8,398 bases of DNA from Octopus sinensis. Taxonomy: Eukaryota. Of the stretch, positions 1 to 6,659 are shown piece by piece. Location of the stretch: assembly GCF_006345805.1 (NCBI RefSeq), contig NW_021828396.1:1-8398 (forward strand), read 5' to 3'. Within the stretch, counting starts at the first letter, position 1. Every line of letters starts with the position of its first letter. The position numbers and the translations under genes are program-made. The notes under the pieces were generated by a model that made no database searches, was not told the origin of the DNA, and worked only from the letters and a program-made list of their open reading frames with translations.

Positions 1-243
1 TATATATTAATCTTATATATAACGTATATATGCGTGCACACACACATACTTTTAATATATATTCATTCATAATTCCCACCGCCATCTCCCCGCCACCACC
101 ACCCATTCATTCCTTCAATCCCGCTATTTTGATTTACGTCTATTCTTCCTCTTCTCTCCTTCCTTATTTTCCATTCTCTTCATTTTTTTCCATGGACAAC
201 GGAGACTGTTTTTGCTTTCCGCTCGTTTTTTTCTTATTTTTTC

Positions 244-372
244 TTATTATTATTATCATTATTATTATATTATTATTATTTTTATTATTATCATTATTAT
301 TATTATTAATATTATTATTATTATTTTTATTATTATCATTATTATTATTATTATTATTATTAATATTATTAC

Positions 373-413
<41 letters not shown>

Positions 414-432
414 TTTATTATTATTATTATTA

Positions 433-469
<37 letters not shown>

Positions 470-519
470 TTTTATTATTATTATTATTAATATTATTACT
501 TTTATTATTATTATTATTA

Positions 520-553
<34 letters not shown>

Positions 554-607
554 TTTTATTATTATTATCATTATTATTATTATTTTTATTTTTATTAATA
601 TTATTAC

Positions 608-668
<61 letters not shown>

Positions 669-709
669 ATTTTATTATTATTACTATTATTATTGTTATT
701 ATTATTATT
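244..709. repeat. Long interrupted (ATT)n trinucleotide microsatellite
   Basis: About 465 bp of ATT/TTA units with recurrent ATC, ACTTTT and AATATT interruptions. It explains the poly-I/L/N/Y ORFs 30..869, 164..736 and 212..490. Confidence 0.97.
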
Positions 710-790
710 TTGCTTTGGTTTTTCTCTTTCTGCCATTTATCTCTGCTCTAAGTTCCAGCTTGGTGTTCGTTCTATAGATACTGAAATATA

Positions 791-864
791 TACACATACA
801 CGTACATACATACATGCATACATACATACATACATACATACATACATACATACATACATACATA
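791..864. repeat. (TACA)n tetranucleotide microsatellite
   Basis: Direct reading: tacatacatacatac... with a few variant units. Confidence 0.95.
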
Positions 865-1015
865 AGTAGTTGAATGAATTATCCTAGTATGGATAATTCG
901 GTTAACCGATACCTGGGTAGAAAATTCACGTCAGAAAACACGGTTGAAGCTACATGCCAAGGGCAGAGATCACGTGCTTTCGTGTGGAAATTTGTGTGTT
1001 TTTTTTTACTATAAA

Positions 1016-1329
1016 TAAATGAAAGAATGGAGTCGAACGACGATTTAACAAAATTTCTTTATTCTCGACATATGTTTCAAAGACTGCATATTCCTAATTC
1101 CGCAGGAATAAGGGGTGCATTGTGCCGCCTTACTATGGACTCCGTGTGTGCAGTCATCTAAAAATTTTTGTTCGTCATGATGCTGACATAAGTTCCTTGT
1201 CTTTCCTGATGAGAAGGCGGCACAATGCACCCCTTATTCCTGCGGAATTAGGAATATGCAGTCTTCGAAACATATGTCGAGAATATAGGAATTTTGTTAA
1301 ATCCTTGTTCGACTCCATTCTTTCATTTA
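1016..1329. repeat. Long inverted repeat: 116-bp arms 1016-1131 and 1214-1329, 82-bp spacer
   Basis: Manual alignment of the left arm to the reverse complement of the right arm gives 111/116 identity with no gaps. The inner 52 bp are perfect. The outermost bases are TA at both ends. Confidence 0.97.
1185..1298 (+). ncRNA. Type I hammerhead ribozyme (retrozyme/Penelope-associated type)
   Basis: Core CUGAUGA 1206-1212. Stem II GAAGGC 1213-1218 pairs with GUCUUC 1261-1266, with the canonical G10.1-C11.1 pair. GAAA 1267-1270. Palindromic stem III ACAUAUGU 1270-1277. GUC cleavage triplet 1276-1278. Stem I UUUC 1202-1205 pairs with GAGA 1279-1282 and extends through AAGUUCCU 1190-1197 / AGGAAUUU 1287-1294. 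All conserved hammerhead core nucleotides are present. Confidence 0.85.
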
Positions 1330-1719
1330 CATACATACATACATACATATGCCTGTATTCTTGTCCATGTATTTATTTAAACCTATATTTACATATATAT
1401 AAATGTTTCTTTTATTTCAGATAGCAATGCGGCAAACAAACAGCAATGACAACAGACCCAGCTGACATATCAAAAACAAAAAACAACCCCTGACCACATT
1501 GCGTACAATGACGATTTTACACTAATGATCGCCCGGCTTTAACTCATTATAAATTTATACACACACAACACACACACAAGTACACATTCATATGAGCGTC
1601 CGTCGACAGATGTCTTTGACCCGTGTGCAACACCGAAACTTGAAGTAGTTCACTGTCGGATATATTTATAGCGTAAGAATACATTGGAAGAGGTGTCTGT
1701 TTGAAGAATCTCTATTACA

Positions 1720-1816
1720 ATGTCGGAGGATATAAATGATCATTTACAGCATCTTTACCAATATGCTTTTGAATATTGCAACGCCACCGTGTTGTCTCAT
1801 CCTCCACCTGAAGATG
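1720..1816 (+). CDS. Putative first coding exon of a host gene (MSEDINDHLQHLYQYAFEYCNATVLSHPPPED, phase-1 intron); possibly a class B (secretin-family) GPCR N-terminus
   Basis: ATG at 1720 in context ACAATG with an in-frame upstream stop (TGA 1702-1704). 32 open codons end at a consensus donor G|GTAAGT (1816/1817). A strong acceptor tgtttcttttatttcag| lies at 1420/1421. The C-x8-PPPED(G) pattern with an N-A-T sequon recalls the segment preceding YCxxxWD in class B GPCR HRM domains (inference only). Confidence 0.4.
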
Positions 1817-1918
1817 GTAAGTACCTCAAAATTCGCTTCCATGCTACAAATGTCTGAGATGAGTATTTTGTGAACAATCACTTTTATAATTGTTCGTACA
1901 CTTTATATATCTTTTCTT

Positions 1919-2126
1919 GTGGCGTTGAACTAACAGAAAAAATATTTTGCGCCTTTTCGCCCGTCCTCACGTTTTGAGTTCAAATTCCGCCGAGGCTGAC
2001 TTTGCCTTTCATCCACTCGATGTTCATGAAATAAATATCAGTTGAACATTACGATCGATGTAATTGAGCTTACCCACTTCCTCAGAATTCCTGGCCTTGT
2101 GTCAAAATTCTTAAAAATCATTATTA
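1919..2126 (+). mobile_element. Degenerate tRNA-derived SINE related to the copy at 4579-4805 (internally deleted head, different 3' tail)
   Basis: Shares gagttcaaattccgccgaggctgactttgcctttcatcc (B box 1976-1988) nearly verbatim with 4648-4686. Similarity continues through the aaataa..cagtt..gtcgat segment. Confidence 0.85.
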
Positions 2127-2262
2127 TATATTTCCATTGGTAACCAATTGAAACATTGATTACATATACACACACCTGTGACAGTTCTGGTCACTTCAGC
2201 AATATAATGACAGGTGTGCCGGTGGCGACTTCTTTTCCTTCTTTGAACTTTTAACTTTCTAC

Positions 2263-2295
2263 TTTCCGATGAAGAGCTATGCTCGAAACTTCAAA
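2263..2295 (+). ncRNA. Degenerate minimal hammerhead motif, probably a Penelope-like pLTR remnant
   Basis: ttt-CCGATGA-a-GAGC-tat-GCTC-GAAAC-TTC-aaa. It has a perfect 4-bp stem II, GAAAC, and a 3-bp stem I (ttt/aaa). It differs from the canonical CUGAnGA...GAAACGUC at U4 (now C) and G16.2 (now U). Confidence 0.6.
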
Positions 2296-2400
2296 CTCTC
2301 TCCTTTCACCGAGCGTCAAGCTAATGCATCTCTAGTGCATGTCCTCATGCTGTCTGTTTTTATTCGTTTTTTTATTCATTTATTTGAATTGACTATATAC

Positions 2401-2428
2401 GTGTGTATGTGTGTGTGTGTGTGTGTGT
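2401..2428. repeat. (GT)n microsatellite
   Basis: Direct reading. Confidence 0.9.
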
Positions 2429-2716
2429 ATATAAATTACTTTCTCTAATGAAATATGCATGGCTTGTATTAATAATGATATATTAATGTAATATAATGGT
2501 CTCATTTATATTCATATTCATATTCTTGATATGTATATTCCCTGTAGTATTGAAACGAACGGAATTAAAGAATTAAATGTAATACCATAAATTTTAACTT
2601 TTGATTAAGTTGATCCATAATAAATAAATAAATATATATGTTGGGGGGAGTACGTATATACACACATGCATACAGACGTGTGTGTGTGAATAAAAACACA
2701 CACATACACACGCATG

Positions 2717-2858
2717 CGACGATCTTCCACAGTTTTTATCTGCTAAATCTACTCACAAAGTTTTTGTCAACCCGTGGCTCCAGTACAAAATCCTTATCGA
2801 AGGCGCCACGACAGACTGTGGTCGCAACCGTAACCATATGGCCACAAGACCACGCCTG
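2717..2858 (-). mobile_element. Old diverged copy of the SINE family at 4401-4557 and 7982-8136
   Basis: Colinear similarity: ctgctaaatctactcacaaagtttttgtcaacccgtggct...aaggcgccacg...aaccgtaaccatatgg versus ctaccaaatccactcacaaggctttggtcggccaaaggct...aaggtgccacg...aaccggaaccatgtgg. Confidence 0.75.
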
Positions 2859-3594
2859 CATCAACAACATTTAATCAACTGGTCTATTTTATTTTTATTT
2901 TTTCTCTTGACTACTCGTACTCATTTTCGTTTACAAACTTCGAATACAACATGCGGGAGATTTTGTTTACTAATTACTAAGATAATCTGCATGAAACAAA
3001 GCCTTTACTTATTTATTTCTTTGCTTATTTATTTATTTATTTATTTCCATATCATAATACTACAGACGACAGACACCAACGCATATGTATCTCTTCGTAA
3101 ACGATCGTTTTAATGAGCTTCTCAACGATAAATACGTGATTTTTCAACGCAATCCACACACAACGCAAGCTAATTTTAATTGAGTTTAACGGCAGCAGAT
3201 AATAAGATTCGCCTTTCTAAATAAAATAATTAGAATCAAATCAGTGAAGAACATTCAAGAAATAATCGCAGCATAATTTCAGTGAAAACTGAGAAGGAAT
3301 TCGGTTGGAAGGAATCACATAAACAGGATTGTTTGATGGATAGAGTGATGAAAGAGACTCTAGTTGAGCACAATGGCTATTTAAGCAAAGGGATTCGCAA
3401 TCAAATGGATGACATAATCTACCTATACAATTATCGACTAACTAGAGCCATCAATGTGTATGAACAGTATATTATGGATTAATCTGGAGTGATTTTAATC
3501 CTTTCAGATGAGAAATGGCGTATTTATGGCCGTAAAGAATTGATTAATCTCTTGCTGATTGGAAGTAAAATTTCATTCAGCGGGCAATAATTTA

Positions 3595-3661
3595 ATAATA
3601 TACATATATATATATATTGTATTATATATTATAATATATATATATATATATGTTAATATAT

Positions 3662-3697
<36 letters not shown>

Positions 3698-3820
3698 ATT
3701 ATAATATAATATAATATAAATAATATAATATAATAATATAATATATATATAATATATAATATAATATAATATACTATAATATAATATAATATAACGTGAC
3801 ATAATATAATATGATATATA
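3595..3820. repeat. Compound (TA)n/(ATAAT)n low-complexity array
   Basis: Direct reading. It explains ORF 3622..3879. Confidence 0.95.
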
Positions 3821-3896
3821 AGATAGAGAGAAGAAGACAACAAGGTAGGAAGGAATACTCTACACATAAACACACGCAAGTATGTATATTAGGAAC

Positions 3897-3998
3897 AGGT
3901 TGGGCTGAGTGGTTAAGATGCTCGCTTTTGCAAACCATACACGACACCTTGCGTAAATATTTTCTGGTATAGGCAAGGGCCGATCAATACCTTGCGAA
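3897..3998 (+). mobile_element. Degenerate, internally deleted SINE of the same family as 4401-4557 and 7982-8136 (opposite orientation)
   Basis: ggctgagtggttaagatgctcgctt...aaccat...caccttgcgtaaatattttctggtatagg...ggccgatcaataccttg matches the reverse complement of 8025-8136, with the B-box region deleted. Confidence 0.65.
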
Positions 3999-4042
3999 CA
4001 CATACATACATACATACATTCCATACACACATACAAATACAT

Positions 4043-4332
4043 ATCACCGTGATCACCGTGACCAACCAGGCTATCAGATGTTGTTACACATCGCTGGTCA
4101 CAATGCGTTTCGCATTGTTTTAGCCTGCAAATGACGCCACCCCGCTGGCTAAGCGAGCAAGCCAACAGAAGAAAGATGTGGCGAAAGAGTACAGCAGGGA
4201 TCGCCACCACCCCCTGCTGGAGCCTCGTGGAGCTTTAGGTGTTTTAGCTCAATAAACACTCACAATGCCTAGTCTAGGAATCGAAACCGTGATCCTATCA
4301 TCGCGAGTCCGCTGCCCTAACCACTGGGCCAC
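4043..4332 (-). mobile_element. tRNA-derived SINE with a tandem 9-mer tail
   Basis: The minus strand starts GTGGCCCAGTGGTTAGGGCAGCGGACTCGCG. A box at 4321-4331, B box GGTTTCGATTCC at 4277-4288. A GC-richer body ends in (CACGGTGAT)x2 at 4043-4060. Confidence 0.85.
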
Positions 4333-4400
4333 ATATATACATTGTATAAATATACAAAACACTCGCCGTGGAAAACATGTTAACCATTCAAAAACCCTAA

Positions 4401-4557
4401 GGCGGGCTTCTTTCAGTTTCCGACTACCAGATCCACTCACAAGGCTTTGGCCGAACCGAGGCTATAATAAAAGACTCTCGTCCAAGTTTCCACGCTGTGG
4501 GACTGAACCCGAGACCATATAGATGAGAAGCGAACTTTCTACCACACATCCAGACTC
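4401..4557 (-). mobile_element. tRNA-derived SINE
   Basis: tRNA-like head with B box GGGTTCAGTCCC (4499-4510). Aligns with 7982-8136 over about 150 bp (shared atccactcacaaggctttgg). Confidence 0.9.
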
Positions 4558-4578
4558 GAGTCTATGTGACAGGCATAC

Positions 4579-4805
4579 GGCGAGCTGGCAGAGACGTTAG
4601 CACGCCGGGCGAAATGCGTAGCCGTATTTCGTCTGCGCTTACGTTCTGAGTTCAAATTCCGCCGAGGTTGACTTTGCCTTTCATCCTTTCGGGGTCGATT
4701 AAATAAGTACCAGTTACGCACTGGGGTCGATATAATCGACTTAATCCGTGTGTCAGTCCCTGTTTGTCCTCTCTGTGTTTAGCCCCTTGTGGGTAGTAAA
4801 GAAAT
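4579..4805 (+). mobile_element. Near-intact tRNA-derived SINE with 8-bp target-site duplication AGGCATAC
   Basis: Head GGCGAGCTGGCAGAGACGTTAG and B box GAGTTCAAATTCC 4648-4660. AGGCATAC occurs at 4571-4578 and 4806-4813, exactly flanking the element. Confidence 0.92.
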
Positions 4806-4806
4806 A

Positions 4807-4926
4807 GGCATACAGCACCAAGGTTTCGCAAGCGTTCGCCCATCTAAGCACTAACTAGGCTCGGCGTTGCTTAAATTCGGTAATCGAACAAGAACCGGTG
4901 CTTTCCAACGTGTTGTGGCCGTAAGT
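4807..4926 (-). pseudogene. Full-length degenerate 5S rRNA copy (probable pseudogene)
   Basis: The minus strand reads ACTTACGGCCACAACACGTTGGAAAGCACCGGTTCTTGTTCGATTACCGAATTTAAGCAACGCCGAGCCTAGTTAGTGCTTAGATGGGCGAACGCTTGCGAAACCTTGGTGCTGTATGCC. This is 120 nt, colinear with metazoan 5S rRNA, with recognisable A-box, IE and C-box. Helix I has two mispairs and no TTTT terminator follows. Confidence 0.92.
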
Positions 4927-5395
4927 GTAATGTCCTCTGACGTGAAGGCTCTAAAAGTAGAGCCGTTGAGAATAATGTCTTGGAGATATTTATGGCATTA
5001 TAGAGTCGAGTTATTATCCTATACTTAACGAGAATTGCATGAGCCGTTGCTTAATCTATATGTATACGTGAGGCTTATAACATAACAATATGGCGGATGT
5101 GAATAACTAGCGAACGGTATTTCGGAGAGCTGGTGAATATAACCAAATAATTGAGGTTTAAAATGGAAGCTTTATATTCAATATAGAAAATGGCTGAAGA
5201 ATCGGTTAAATAATGTTGAGTACATTGTAAGAAGATGATAAGACGAACATATAATTTGGCTTAATTAAAGCATTTTAGATGCACTCAAATGTAGATATAT
5301 TGTATTTAGGGTTATGGATTCTCGTGTAGGTAGGCAGGAAAGATTAAACTCATAAAAAGACGAACAGAACTGGAAATTGAGCAGTAACAAGTAAA

Positions 5396-6587
5396 TTAGA
5401 TCGATCGATAGATAGATAGATAAGTTTCTTTATTGGCCACACAGGGCTGCACACAGATGGGACAAGTTACAAGGTAGAGCTTTTCTTTGGGGGGATGAAA
5501 GAAAAAAAAGGTGGCGTAGGTTTTCGATCAAAAGGGATCGTAAAAGGGAAAAAAAAAGGAAAGGGAAAAGGAACAAAAGAAAAGAAAAATGAAAAGAGAA
5601 GAAAAAAGAGGGAAAAAGGGGGAAGAGGAAAAAAAACGATCAATAGGGATCGTGTATCACAGTGTCATGATGTATGGTGTAAAAGGAAAAGCAAGTAAGG
5701 TTTATCCGTGGGAAGAAAAGCCTACGAAAAAGACCACGGTAACCTTGGTCAATATTGTTATATGTTACCACATTTGTTTGCAAGTGGGTAAACCTCCGTT
5801 TTCAATTTCTGGGTTCATAGGATTATGCTCAAGGTGGCTTCGTCATTCATACGTGCCATCCTTGCTACATTCACCCTTCTTTTTTTAAAACATTCGCTAG
5901 ACAAAACTTGCCTCTCTACTCTCACTTTCCTTTTCAAGTGGTACTTGAAGAAGTTGATGAGAGATTGACCAGAAGAGGAAAGTGTTGTCTCCAGTCCTTT
6001 CAGACGCGTCCACCAGATACATTCTTTCGCCATAGCACAAGGATGATGAAAATAGCTCTTCCTTCCCGTTTGAAGGAAGGAGGCGTGACAATATTGACGA
6101 TAGACTCAGCAGCTGATAAACCGACTCGTCCCATACGTGACAGCAGTTGTTCGACATAAGCCCACAGGTCGGAAATTGTTGGACACTGAACGAGTGCGTG
6201 CAGAACGGTTTCGTCGCTCGTCTCTGACCGCATCTCGGGCAGGTCGGCCCCGTGTTTCTCGAGCCGTGTCTGTAGAGCTTATCCCGAACGGGTAGCGCTT
6301 CTCGGTAGCACTGCCAGGCCAGGGATCTCTGCAAGTTGTCCATGGGCCCTGGCCCGAAAGTCGTCCTGAACAGGCGGGTCAGGTATTCCTCGTCGACGTC
6401 CAGGTTCGCCCCGAGCTCGTCGTCGTACCACCCCTCCACTAATCCCCTATAGAATGTTTTGGTTGTGATGGAGTCACTCAAGGTTGACCCAGGACGACAG
6501 ATTTGCTTGAGAGCAACGTGACACTCGCGGTGGTCGATTTGCTCGACTAAAGGCGGTGCTCCAGCATGGCCACATTCAAATGACTGA
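5396..6587 (-). mobile_element. 5'-truncated L1/Tx1-clade non-LTR retrotransposon
   Basis: ORF2 C-terminus followed by a 3' UTR of about 390 nt, AATAAA at 5429-5434 (minus) and a (TATC)n/(GATC) tail at 5398-5422. Flanked by direct repeat AACAAGTAAA at 5386-5395 and 6588-6597. Confidence 0.88.
5815..6586 (-). pseudogene. Frameshifted C-terminal part of LINE ORF2 with zf-RVT CCHC zinc knuckle
   Basis: Joining the three overlapping track ORFs (remove 5 nt at about 6219-6223, restore 1 nt at about 6036) gives ...LAWQCYREALPVRDKLYRHGSRNTGPTCPRCGQSDETVLHALVQCPTISDLWAYVEQ...AIFIILVAMAKECIWWTR...LSIIL*. This contains C-x2-C-x8-H-x4-C preceded by the W..LP motif typical of zf-RVT (PF13966). Stop TGA at 5815-5817. 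Confidence 0.88.
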
Positions 6588-6601
6588 AACAAGTAAAAGA
6601 G

Positions 6602-6615
6602 TATATATATATATA

Positions 6616-6659
<44 letters not shown>

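Noticed and set aside
30-869. 279-aa ORF with long hydrophobic I/L runs (and overlapping ORFs 164..736, 212..490)
   Set aside because: Translation of the (ATT)n and (TACA)n microsatellites. The apparent transmembrane character is a repeat artefact.
1016-1329. Interpretation as a pre-miRNA or a classical Tc1/mariner MITE
   Set aside because: The arms are too long and the loop too large (82 nt) for a pre-miRNA. The termini (AATGAAAG inside TA) are not the usual CAG-type ends, and the ribozyme core straddling the arm boundary is better explained by an inverted retroelement end. A MITE is not fully excluded.
1045-1424. ORFs 1045..1230 (-) and 1122..1424 (+), which share similar peptide segments
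   Set aside because: The shared peptide is a by-product of the inverted repeat. There is no recognisable domain.
3501-3520. ctttcagatgagaaatggcg resembles the ribozyme start ctttcctgatgagaaggcg (1201-1219)
   Set aside because: The core CUGA is broken, and no closing stem II, GAAA or GUC follows. This is probably chance or an unrecoverable remnant.
4249-4843. ORFs 4249..4440, 4265..4522, 4539..4721 and 4652..4843
   Set aside because: They lie across non-coding SINEs and have no domain features.
4807-4926. Functional 5S rRNA gene
   Set aside because: It is solitary, has helix I mispairs and several other substitutions, lacks an oligo-T terminator, and has a SINE inserted at its 3' end.
4947-4985. 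Helitron 3' end (hairpin plus CTRR)
   Set aside because: No CTRR at the expected distance on either strand, and no TC 5' end identified.
5495-5698. Lys/Arg/Glu-rich 67-aa ORF (and ORFs 5589..5888, 5908..6159)
   Set aside because: These are antisense readings of the LINE 3' UTR polypyrimidine tract and of ORF2.
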